This document shows, piece by piece, positions 13,704 to 24,713 of a stretch of 40,098 bases of DNA. The stretch is from Seison nebaliae. Its lineage: Eukaryota. The notes beneath the pieces are model-generated. The model was not told the origin of the DNA. It made no database searches and worked only from the letters and a program-made list of their open reading frames with translations. Location: assembly GCA_023231475.1 (NCBI GenBank), contig JALJEE010002292.1, positions 62,001 to 102,098 of the forward strand. The letters are read 5' to 3'. The position numbers were made by a program, and so were the translations under genes. Position 1 is the first letter of the stretch; each line of letters opens with the position of its first letter.

Positions 13704-16170
13704 TTAATGTTCTTCAACATCTTTCGTCGTCATATTAGACCAATAATCAACAAATTCACCTTTCTTCTTCACCTGTTCAAAACATTCGATTCGATCACCA
13801 GATTGGAAAATAAAAGTGGAATTTTGCAGATGTTCTTTCTCATCAGTTTTTTCCATGTCAAATGGTATCAAACTAATTCCACATTCACTTCCTTTCTCTA
13901 CAAGGGAGATGTCATTCTTGAAATGTTTCATCGAATGGATTTTCCCTAAACAAAAGGAATTTAAAAATATAATTTTCAATGGAACCTTCAAAAATAATTT
14001 CTTTTTCATTTATTTCGTAATTCATTCGGAGAATACGAAATTTTTTCTTTCTCACCAATTGTCCTTTCAAACAACGTGTTCCTCCCACACAAATCTGTTT
14101 CTTATCTTCTTTCACATAAAACAAATTGGAGACTTCTCCTTCACCTGAAAAATGTTTGTTGAAATTTTAAATTTTAAAAATTATTAACCGATCACATTTA
14201 CGACTTCAACATCAGGAATTAGAGATATCATTTCCTCTTTCATATCATCCAACAATTTATAAATAATATCAAATTTTTTAATATTTCTTTTTTTCACCAA
14301 TTTCGTATCTTTCGATGTGGAGACATTGAACGCGTAAACGATTCCATTAAATGCGTTCGCTAATTCCACATCTTTCACCGAAACGTCACCTAATCCGAAA
14401 TGAACTACGTCTAAATGACAATGTGTCGATTCGTGCAATTGAAAGATATCCATCAACGCTTCCATCGTTCCATCAACATCACCTGAAGAATGAAATAATA
14501 AATAAATTTTAAAAAAAAATATGAGAATTATTTGAAACATTTTAAAACGATTGATAATTTGGGTAATTGTTTCTCTTTTAATTCATCATCATAAATCGTT
14601 TTCTTCGGTCGAGCTCCTTTCGTCTTTTGTCGTAGTCGTTCCTGATAACGGAATTCTCTCCATCCAATTTTTCTTCTCATTTCCAATTTCTTTTGATATT
14701 CTTTCGCATGAAGATCGATATGTTCTGTATTAGAAGTTCCATGTTCCAATTGATGACGATAATTCATGACTTCATGCATTTTCTTCTCTGATTCCACTTC
14801 TAGAAATAAATCACCAGGTTCTGGTAATTCTTTCCATCCGATCACTTGTGCTATCTCTCCCACACTCAATTTCGATGTTAACACTTTTCCTGTCTCATCA
14901 AAAATATTTCTTACTTTACCAAATCCTCCATTACCTGCTACTATTGCTGCTCCTCGTTTCAAATTTCCCCTTTGAACAAGAATTGTAGCGAGTTTACCTC
15001 GATGTTGATCGATCGATGATTCTATGATGATTCCTTCACATTTACCAGATGGATCTCCACGTAATTCATGAAGTTCAGCTTCCGTTATTATCGTTGAAAT
15101 CAAATCAGTAATACCACTACCAGTAAGTGCTGATATAGAAACGTTTTGAATATCCCCACCAAAATCTTCTAGAATTAAACCATTTTCCAATAATTGTTTT
15201 TTAGTTTTTTTCTGAAAATTTTTTGAGAAAAATTCAAAAAATATTTTGAAAAAAAAAACACAAATAACAATATTGGCTTGAGGTAGATCACATTTGTTAA
15301 TAGCGACGACTGTCGGTGTATTTGTTCGTTTAATTAATTCAATACATTCCAAAGTTTGCGGTTTTACACCATCAATTGCCGATACCACCAAAATGACGAT
15401 ATCTGTCACATTCACTCCACGTTGTCTCATTGATGAGAAAGCGGCATGACCTGGTGTATCCAAACATGTGATGATCTCATGTTTCTTATCTAGAAAATTG
15501 TTAAATTAATCATTGAATATACGTAAAATAATTAAATTAATTTCAAATTTTTTACATTTTCAAACCTGAATCCAGATCGATGGAAAATGCTCCGATATGT
15601 TGTGTAATTCCACCGAATTCCTCATCGACTACATGGGAATGACGTAATGAGTCGAGTAAAGTCGTTTTCCCATGATCCACATGACCAACGATACAAATGA
15701 CAGGACGTCGTCTCATCCAATGAGATGTGTCGATCGGTATTGATCTGGGATAAACATTTTTATCGATTAATTCAGTTTTTTTTATTTGTGGAGATTTTGT
15801 TATTTCATATTTCCGTCCACTTTTCTTTACAATATCGATCAACAAATCGAAATTTTCGATTTCTTAATAAAATGAAATTTCAAAAAAAAAATAGATTAAA
15901 AAAAAAATTATTTAAATTTCACTTTCATTTATCCCCACTGATTGTCGACGTATCCCACTATATTCCAAACATTCATAGACATGTGCTGAAATAAAATTAA
16001 TGAAGAAAATTCAAATTAGTATTCGAACAAACATTCTTCTTTAAAACTTCACTCATTTCTTTCACTGTCATTCCATGAAATATTTTCACTGCTTCCTCTT
16101 TCCTCTTTAACACTTCCACAATTTTATGTCGATGTCGAAATAATTGACGATTATTAATAATTCTTAACAT
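13704..16170 (-). CDS. MTIF2: Mitochondrial translation initiation factor IF-2, 696 aa. Exons 16170-16029, 15985-15923, 15862-15566, 15489-15269, 15211-14539, 14482-14189, 14144-13986, 13945-13704
   Basis: [67 protein letters not shown]. Basic N-terminus resembles a mitochondrial presequence. Seven GT-AG introns give a continuous frame. Confidence 0.95.
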
Positions 16171-16326
16171 TTTTTTTTTCAATTTACATGAAACATAAAA
16201 ATCTGGAATTGAAAAAAAAGGAAAAAAATACGATATTGAAGAAGGAAAAAAAAAAAGAATTTCTTTTTGAAAATCTTAATATTTATTTTTATGAGAAAAT
16301 TATCCGATTCAATATGAGAAATTTGC

Positions 16327-16784
16327 TCATTTGAAAGTGTCTTCATGTGCTTGATGTAATTTCGTCACAGAATTCTCTTCGGAACGCAGGAAATCTTCCG
16401 GTAGAATCATGTCGTCCTCTCCTCTTAACATTCGTGCATGTGGATTATTTTTAGTAATCCAATTAAATTTATTCGCTATCTTTTTCTCCATCTCTAATCG
16501 TAACGGTGCATGTAATCCTGAAAAAGAGAAAAAATTTGAAATTTATAAAAACATTCCAATTAACCAGAAGTATTTCGGAGAATTGTATAATTCATTTTTT
16601 CATCACGTTTCCTCCAATTTTCTTCATTCGCTTCCAATGGATGTGTTTGTGACAATTGATTCAATGTACTTGGTCGAATGGTAGTGAGATCGTTCGATGC
16701 CATCGATGGAATCATACATTCATCCATCGATCGATCATCATTTGATGGAATAACATTCTCCGATTTTCTTAATTGATAAGTCAT
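16327..16784 (-). CDS. POMP: Proteasome maturation protein POMP/UMP1, 136 aa. Exons 16784-16565, 16517-16327
   Basis: Spliced product HPLEANEENW...MNYTILRNTSGLHAPLRLEMEKKI...MLRGEDDMILPEDFL matches the UMP1 family signature. Intron is 47 nt. Confidence 0.92.
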
Positions 16785-16860
16785 CGTTTAAAAAAAAAAT
16801 TAATGGATTCTGGAAGAAGAAAATGGAAGATTATGATTAGAATGATGGAAATTAGAAAAA

Positions 16861-17325
16861 TTATGGTTTTCTCCATTTACATGAGGGACAATATACAAGT
16901 AATTTTTTTGACGTATAATCTAAACATTTCTGATGATACCATCCATCACAACCATCACAACTTACTAATTTCCCTAATTCTGATGCTGGTAATGGTGGTG
17001 GTGGAGTGTTAGGAAATAATGGATCGATTTGAGATTCATCCTCTCCCACACCACACACCTTACAATACCAAGTACATCGAATTCCTGGTACACTGCATTG
17101 GAAATAAGCGACACATTGAGTCAAGGCAATTCCTTGATCTGTTTCTAATGGAACTCCCATGGAACTTCGTTGTTCATCCGTCAAATCTTTCTCATTCAAT
17201 ATCGACTTGTATAATTGAGGAACGGATTTCAAATCATCTTCTAAAAATTAATTCCTATAAATATTCCCATTTCATTAGAATAATGAACTTTTATTAATTT
17301 TTTCCTTTTTCTTCGTTTTCACCAT
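16861..17325 (-). CDS. Small PHD-finger protein, ~138 aa. Exons 17325-17289, 17240-16861
   Basis: C4HC3 pattern WYCKVC...VSCDGCDGWYHQKCL...YCPSC at the C-terminus. A 48-nt intron links an upstream exon MVKTKKKEKINK in frame. The start codon is less certain. Confidence 0.75.
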
Positions 17326-17608
17326 CACCAACAGTCACACAATCAGGAAATAAACATCTGAATAAAAAAAAAGAATTTTTCAATAAATAATTTCCATTAT
17401 GAAAAGAAATTATTGTCATTTTATCAGAAAAAAAAAATTAAATTGTCGAGGAAAAAGCTGGAAAATATTCTCCAAAATTATTTTGGAGAAAAAATTTAAC
17501 TGGAAAAAAATTTGTTTTTTCTAAATTTTCTAAAATAGAATTTGAAAAGAATTGGAGAAAGGAATTTTTTAGAAGATTTTTCCAAAAGTAAATTGGAAAA
17601 TATTTTTA

Positions 17609-18145
17609 TCACAAATCAAATTTTTTGTGTATCCAAATTTCGTTTCGTCTCGAAAAGAATTTAAATGGAGGATCATACATGGCCGTCATATAATGTTGAT
17701 TGGTTGAAATGAATGATTTACCTGATGAATTCAATTGATTCTCTAAACCGACGGAAGCGGATTTCATGTCGTCGTTAGATGGGAAACCTGAAATGTTTTT
17801 CACATAAATTTCTCTTTCAGGAAATTTTTTCAGATATAAATCTTTTGATTTGGGTTTTGGCGGATCAGTTTGTCGCTCACCACAAATATAGAAACACATT
17901 TCGTGGTGTAAACCATCATCGGAATAAAAATGACAAACTGGTTTCGTCATTCTCATTTTCAATTCGTCCGAATTATCACCCTGACGATAATGTGCCAGTT
18001 TCTTAAACATCGATTTCCGTTCGTCTTCTTTGGTGCAAATCCAATTGGATTCTTTATATTTGCGCAATTGAAAATCATCATTTTCATCAACGATCTCGTA
18101 AGACGGAGTCTTTAGTAAATTTTCATCAATTTCTTCATTACTCAT
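17609..18145 (-). CDS. SOUL/heme-binding protein family member, 178 aa, intronless
   Basis: TPSYEIV...FQLRKY...WICT, MFKKLAHY..G.N...MRMTKPV, PPKP...L, AMYDPPFKFFSRRNEIW are SOUL (HEBP1/2) family motifs. Confidence 0.92.
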   Translation of the reverse strand: MSNEEIDENLLKTPSYEIVDENDDFQLRKYKESNWICTKEDERKSMFKKLAHYRQGDNSDELKMRMTKPVCHFYSDDGLHHEMCFYICGERQTDPPKPKSKDLYLKKFPEREIYVKNISGFPSNDDMKSASVGLENQLNSSGKSFISTNQHYMTAMYDPPFKFFSRRNEIWIHKKFDL

Positions 18146-18352
18146 TTTTGTAGAAATGACAAGAAATTTTAAGACCTAACATTTGAATATTTTTTGAGGT
18201 TGAAAAATGTGAAAGTTTTTTTTGAAAAAATTTACGGAGGACATGAAGGAATAAGCCAAGCTTATTTCCAATTCCGATTAATTTCAATTCGTCTCATTTT
18301 CTTTGTTAGTTTTACTTTTTTGTTCTTAGTTTTCCGTTAGTTGTTGAGAGTA

Positions 18353-18596
18353 ATGCCTGATAGAGAAAAACAAATTAAGAAGTCTGTTGGGAAAAAGAAG
18401 AAGGAAGCTGAAAAGAGTGCGAAAAAAAATTGGAGAGATTTCAAGAAAAAGGTACGACAGACACGTCACGATATCGTTTATGGTATAGCTAATTCTTGTA
18501 TGGTTAATAGAACTGCATTAATTCCAATTGTTTCGTTTACTTTTTTAGAAAACTACTGATAACTGTTGTAATAGTTTCAAGAAGAATGCAGGATAA
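18353..18596 (+). CDS. Small Lys-rich protein A of unknown family, 65 aa. Exons 18353-18502, 18549-18596
   Basis: MPDREKQIKKSVGKKKKEAEKSAKKNWRDFKKKVRQTRHDIVYGIANSCM|KTTDNCCNSFKKNAG*. The 46-nt GTT...TAG phase-0 intron is typical of this window, and exon 2 resembles exons of the neighbouring gene B. Confidence 0.65.
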
Positions 18597-18886
18597 TAGA
18601 ATACATCTGTATTAAAATTTTCATATTCTTAAAATTTTCCGTATCCTATTAGTGCTGGGAATAGTAGCTGGAAACTCTAATAAATTTACTTTAAATCTTT
18701 TAATGAGTTGAACAGATAAACATTTGTAGAATTTTAGTTCAAATATTTTTAATTTGTTGGAGCCAAAAATGCTTTAAAAAATTTAAGAAAATTAACTAAC
18801 TAAAAATAAATGGCATGAAATTATTGAAGGAATATTTTGTAATATAATTTATGTTCATTTTATTTGTAACTGTAAAGGAATTGAAC

Positions 18887-19452
18887 TTACAATAAAAATC
18901 GTTTAGTTAACGTCTTCTTAACAAATTTACAAGTTAAATCATTTTCTTTCTAATATGTTTGAAAAAGGAAATAGAAAAAGGATGAAAATAAGTTGAAATT
19001 AACTCGATATGTTTTTATTGCTCCATCGGCTACTTTCTTCGTAAATTTACAACAAACATCTGTTTCTTTCTATTGAGTTGTGTTTTATAATAATAATTTT
19101 ATTAAAATCCACTAACTTTCCAAGTATCGACGAAATCGGTGACGAGACCCTTCCTTTCCTTGTTCAAATATTTCCTGCCTTTCTTAACTCTTTTCTTCGC
19201 TTTCTTATATTGTTTTTTTAGACTTTTCCTCATTTTCTTACCTTGCTTCTTGATCTCCTTCTTTCTCTTCTTATTCTCCTTTTCCATCTTCTTCCTCCGT
19301 TTCTCATGTTCCTTACTATCATAACCGCAACGGCTCTTTTTATTTTTTTTACTCTTCTTACTCTTTTTACTTTTCTTCTTTCGTTTCTTATCTTTCTTCT
19401 TCTTCCTTCTTTTCTTCTTTCTGTCCTTCTTCTTCTTACTTCTCTTGGACAT
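18887..19452 (-). CDS. Extremely Lys/Arg-rich protein B, ~154 aa, with sperm nuclear basic protein-like composition. Exons 19452-19117, 19069-19004, 18949-18887
   Basis: MSKRSKKKKDRKKKRRKKKK...TDFVDTWK|KETDVCCKFTKKVADGAIKTYR|KENDLTCKFVKKTLTKRFLL*. Two phase-0 introns (47 and 54 nt). The 3' end is uncertain because GTAAGT overlaps the stop at 18890. Confidence 0.7.
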
Positions 19453-19784
19453 CTTTTAAAAATTAACTTGACGTCGTTCGACCCAGACACTGGTCTGAAC
19501 AAAATGCGCTTTCAAAAGAGAAAAAGACAAATAAAAATGAAAAACAAAATATACGAAAGAACATTATTGATTCCATCGAATATTTAAAATAATCGCTATT
19601 TGAAAATTAATGGAATTGGACTAAGCTTGCTACTGAATGGAAATCGATAAAGAAATTGAATGAGCTTGAAAAATGAGTAAAACTCTTAATGAATTTCTCA
19701 TTTGACCTATTAACATTTCCACGTCGAACTTAACATTATCATTGAAGTTAATTGAAGAGCGCCTGAGAAATTCTAAAAATAAAC

Positions 19785-22062
19785 ATGTTTCTTTCATTCT
19801 CCATTCTTTCCTTACTCGTACATGTGATTCAATCGAAAAATCTGTTGGTCACGTCCATTATACAACATCCACAAATGTTCCCAATTCATTTGGGACAATT
19901 GGAAACTTATATAAAATGTCCAACCAATACAAATTGTTACATAATGTTAAAATTTACTTATTTTTTTCAATTTCTAACATTACCCTTTAAAAGTTTTATT
20001 CATGTTGATGAAATACATGAGCCTAATAAGTTAGTTGAACATTTGACCAACTCAACTCCCTTCAAATGTCTCACGAAAGTTTTTCTTATTTCCTTATTTT
20101 TCAAATAAATTCTCTAAATTTCCCAAAGAATTGTTTCGTTCATTATGAAACGATGATGTTGAACGAAAAACATTTAAATGTGAACGAATTACTCAATCTT
20201 CAACCAACTTTGGAAATTGATTATATGATGGTAAATCCTATTAAATTTTGTGTGTCTTCCTAATGTTTGCTTTCTCTTAACGGAAACCCATCGAATATTT
20301 CTTTCGACTGAATATTTTTAATCACTTCTTCATTATTATTCAGGTGATGAATATGGAGACTTTATTCTATGATAGAGATATCATCTCTAATCTAATCAAT
20401 AAAGAAAAGTTAATTTTCTTTGACTTTTTTTAAATTCAAATTTTTTTCTTTCAAGAGTTTTTGTCGCTCCCTTATTGAGTTGTTCGAAGAGAATTGATTC
20501 TTTCAATTTTCTCATGGATGATGAAGTTTATTATTATTTAAAAATAATTCAAAATTTATTTTTTTTAAATTTTTTTATGAAATGAAAGGAAAAAATGCAA
20601 AATTTTTCTCAATGCCAAAAACAAGAAAAGTGCACAGGATGTGCATCGGCGTCCAGTATCAGCAATACATTCATGATAAATCTAAATTTATTCAATAATC
20701 AAATAAGAAATTGGAACGGACGAACTTCTCAGCAATTACCAACCGATTTTATCAATCATCTCGTTCATTGGCAAACGAAAGAATTTGGCATCAGTTCAAA
20801 ATGGATCAAAATTTTTGATGAAAAATATTTTTTTTCTAAATGTTTTTCTTTCTCTTATTCCAATTTTAATTGTCTGTTCAGTATATATTTGTAATCGGAA
20901 AGAATATGGTCTTCAATTTTCTTATGATTTACTCCGATCAGATTACGAATTATTATCCGTTTCCGTTGACGAATTAGTTGTCCATCATCAATTGGAATAT
21001 ATGGGTTTCTTTTCACATTTTAAATTGTCAATTTCATAATTCATAAAAGTTAATCGTTATGACAAGAAATTATGGGAAGCTGCATCGAGATCTCGATTTC
21101 CGGAAGAAGATTTTAAAAGAATTTTTGGGATATTAAATAATGTGATGGAATTGTATAATTTCAATAAATTTTTTGATAAAGTTACAATTTGAATTTTTTT
21201 TTTGAAAATTATTTTCTTTCTGAAGATTTTCGTTATAAACTTAAAGAGACGAAATGAGAAGAGAGAACGAATGAAAGAATCATTATCAATTCTCAATATC
21301 GATGTGGAATGGATCGATGCGATTGATGGAAAGTAGTAGATTTATTATAATTTCTTCTTGTTCATTAAATTCCAAAGAAATATGACGGATGATGATATGA
21401 AAAATATAAAATTTTTCGATTCATATATCGATCCGTATAACGAAAGGAAGATGAATAAAGCGGAAGTCGGTTGTTTTTTATCTCATCATCTCATTTGGGA
21501 TCGAATGGTCAACGAGAATATGAAGAACGTTCTCATTTTCGAAGATGATGTTCGTTTTGCTGAATATTTCTCGAAACATCTCAATTCATTAATTCAACTC
21601 TTATCCACTTCGAACAAGCACTGGAATTTGATGTTATTTTTTTTAAAATCAAATTTTGAAAAATTTTCTTGTAGATATTTAGGAAGAAAAATTATGAGAC
21701 CAGACGAAGAAAATTTTGATGAAGATTTTCCTTTGTATCTCATTCATCCTGCGTTCTCACATTGGACACTTGGCTACATGCTCAATTTGGAAGGAGCAAT
21801 AAAGTTGACGAAACAAAAACCGTTGGAATGGTTGATTCCTGTCGATGAATATCTTCCATTAATGATGAATAAACCATACGAGTTATTGGAAAATTTAAAT
21901 GTTTTTTTAAATAATTTTTCTAGTTATACTTGGTCGGAAGAGATTCAGTCAAAAGATGTGATCGGATTGTCCATCAATCCTTTAGTCATCGAACCGACAC
22001 ATTATTATGGTGAACCTGGATATATTTCTGATACGGAAAACTTCTACTTTCCAACATTATAA
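19785..22062 (+). CDS. COLGALT1: Glycosyltransferase family 25, procollagen galactosyltransferase (COLGALT)-like, 549 aa, 12 exons. Introns 19946-19993, 20079-20128, 20231-20343, 20409-20455, 20526-20588, 20794-20881, 21005-21049, 21181-21225, 21333-21377, 21633-21674, 21882-21923
   Basis: N-terminal signal peptide; FVAPLL, ICNRKEYG, IFVINLKRRNEKRERM, DAIDG, EVGCFLSHH, LIFEDDVRF, YLGRK, WTLGY, IPVDEYLP, PTHYYGEPGYISDTE. Confidence 0.9.
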
Positions 22063-22116
22063 AATTTAAACTAATTTACCTCAATATTTTCCTACCAGAT
22101 AACTTTTCTTTTGACG

Positions 22117-23729
22117 ATGGATGTTTTTAAAAATTTCCTCATTTCTTTTCAAAACCCAATCCATCCAAAATATGGTTGGTTGGTGAATAATTTTGTTGGG
22201 AATTTAAAAGATTATTCATGGAAGAATTGTGGAAGAAGCATCATAAAAGAAATTGAATATTACGTGAATGATTGTTGGATACATTTGAATATCGGTTCGA
22301 TACTTCCATTTTTCCGTCGCTTCTACTTCTCATTATTCTCTCAAGGTCATTGGAGTGAAATTGATGGGAAGTGGCGATTCACTTATGTTTTTTTCGTCGT
22401 TCTCAAAATTTTCCTTAACAAATTTCTCTTCTTTGAAAATGATATGACTGAGGTTATTCTAAAATGTGAATTTAATTTAAAATTATCAAATTCTCATTAG
22501 TCGTTAGAATTGATCGACAAGTGTTTATTATTCACTGGAAATTTGATGAAGAAAGAATTAAATGAGTTGTTTGAAGAGTTGAAAAGAGACGAAGTTTTTA
22601 ATTTGATTTTTGTCATGATTATTATTTTCGTGAAAGTATCCATCAGAAATAATCGATATCCATCTGAACGAATTGATAGAAGATGATAGAGACGTTATAA
22701 AAATTAAATTTCCTATTGAAGAAAGAAACGAGTTGAGTTTATTCGAATTTCGTGAGGAATATCTGATGAAGGATCGACCGGTGATAATAAAAAATTTCGT
22801 CCACAATTGGCCAGCCACCACAAAATGGTCATCGTTAGGAATGATTATTTAATGAAGATCTCTTCAGTATCTATTATTCAGGACGAAATATTTGTTGGAG
22901 AAATGTTCGAATCGAACTGTGCCCGTTGAAGTTGACGGACGTTATTCTGATGCAGAATGGAGTCAACAATTGATGCAATTTGAGGATTTCCTTCATAAAC
23001 TTCTAAGTTATGTTAGTGGATTTTAATTGAATGGATTAATTCAAAGAATTATTCATGTTTAAGAGTAGCGATAAAACTAAATCGATCGAATTGACAACAA
23101 AACGAGAATATTTAGCACAACATCAATTATTCGAACAAGTTTCTTTTTTGAATTTTTTGAAATTAATTCATGAAATTATCTGAAAGATATCTGATTTAAG
23201 GAACGATATTTATATTCCTGATTATTGTTTACTTCAAAAAAATGATATCATGAATGACGATGAAGCGACGGATGATGTGGAAGAGTGTGTCACCATTAAT
23301 AGTTGGTTTGGTCCAAGAGGTACCGTATCGTCATTACATCGCGATCCAAAATCCAATCTCTTTTGTCAAGTTAATTCAAAATAATTTTAAAAAATAATAA
23401 TCTACAAAAATTCAATGGAATCATTTTAGGTAATTGGTTATAAATATATTCGCTTATATAATAATGAGGATACTCCACGACTATATTGTCACTCTGATTC
23501 ATTATTGAAGAATACGAGTCAAGTTTTTCTTCTGATTTATCTTCTAATACTTATTTATAATAAGGTCGATGTTGAGAATATAAACAAGGAAAAATTTCCG
23601 TTAGCCGTCGATTGTCCATATACCGAATGTGTTTTACCACCCGGATCCGTTTTGTTTATTCCTGCTTCGATGTGGCATTATGTCCGATCATTATCCATCA
23701 GTTTCTCCGTGAATTTCTGGTGGGAATAA
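22117..23729 (+). CDS. KDM8: JmjC hydroxylase KDM8/JMJD5, 406 aa, 9 exons. Introns 22295-22345, 22453-22500, 22594-22636, 22834-22881, 23012-23063, 23139-23186, 23370-23429, 23523-23564
   Basis: [43 protein letters not shown]...[35 protein letters not shown] (HxD), [17 protein letters not shown]. Confidence 0.95.
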
Positions 23730-24026
23730 ATTCCATAAAATGTGAATAGATATTAAAAAAAATTTCGTTTTCAGATTATTAACAAATAAATCAATTAATC
23801 AACGGTCAATTTTTTTACCCATATTATATCTATTTTATTTAGTCTATTAAAATTTCTAATGAATTTAATTTTTCGAAATTTCAAAAAAGAAATGTTGAAA
23901 TTTTCAAAAATTTGATGGAATTTAATGAGGAATTGACGATTTATAAATAAGATAATAAAACAATTGATTAAATGGAAAATAATGAAGTAATAGAAAATGA
24001 AAAGATTTAAAATTGATGACTCTCAA

Positions 24027-24713
24027 TTAATCCATATGTTTCCTGTGAGGATTCTCCCCGAATAATTGAAGTCTCATAAAAGGAATTTCATGTTCGAAGA
24101 TTAAGGCGAGTCGATCTTCCAACGTATTACAACATTTCATTCGACTTTGTTTCGTAAACAGATGGACGCCACCACCACATGATTCCGGTAGGAATGTTTT
24201 CTCATCGATTTTCATCGGATTATCATCAGGAACATCCTCTACATTCTCTAAATATCGTTTCCTCTCCTCTTTGACTTGAAGAAGGAGTTCCTTTGTTAAT
24301 TCTATATCATTCTTTCGACAACGTACAAGTAACGGTCCGTTATATGACGCTAATTGAAGGAGTGCTTGCAGGAATAATTTCCGTTGCAATTCCTCCGTCA
24401 ATTTCGGCATGGAACTCATCACTTTCTTCCGTATACTTTCCATGACATTTTGTTGTTCTCGTAGAACTCTTAATCGAGCGTCATTTAAAATATGTGACGA
24501 ATTGATATGTTGTTGAATTTGTAATTGTTTCATTCGTTTATCATAAATTTCGTTAATTTTCGATTTTTGTGTTTCCTCCAAACGACATCGTTCAACTTCA
24601 CAATCTTCCTCCAATTGCGAATATAGAAGGTCAACTTTCGATTTCGTCTCCTTCTCCATAAATCGGAGCATTCGTTGAATTCGTTCATTCGCTTCACTAT
24701 CTGATAACACCAT
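24027..24713 (-). CDS. ATP6V1E: V-type ATPase subunit E, 228 aa, intronless, divergent
   Basis: MVLSD..., NDARLRVL, LFLQALLQL, LVRCRKNDIEL, FLPESCGGGV, CNTLEDRL, LFGENPHRKHMD. Confidence 0.93.
   Translation of the reverse strand: MVLSDSEANERIQRMLRFMEKETKSKVDLLYSQLEEDCEVERCRLEETQKSKINEIYDKRMKQLQIQQHINSSHILNDARLRVLREQQNVMESIRKKVMSSMPKLTEELQRKLFLQALLQLASYNGPLLVRCRKNDIELTKELLLQVKEERKRYLENVEDVPDDNPMKIDEKTFLPESCGGGVHLFTKQSRMKCCNTLEDRLALIFEHEIPFMRLQLFGENPHRKHMD

Noticed and set aside
19139..19587. Hydrophobic plus-strand ORFs 19139-19324 and 19243-19587, and alternative-frame ORF 19230-19502
   Set aside because: These are antisense or shifted-frame shadows of the low-complexity AAG-rich exon of Lys-rich gene B.
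21900..22300. COLGALT-KDM8 fusion protein
   Set aside because: COLGALT ends at a stop after its conserved terminal motif. The only nearby donor (22010, phase 1) does not match the phase-0 acceptor at 22098, and KDM8 is full length on its own.
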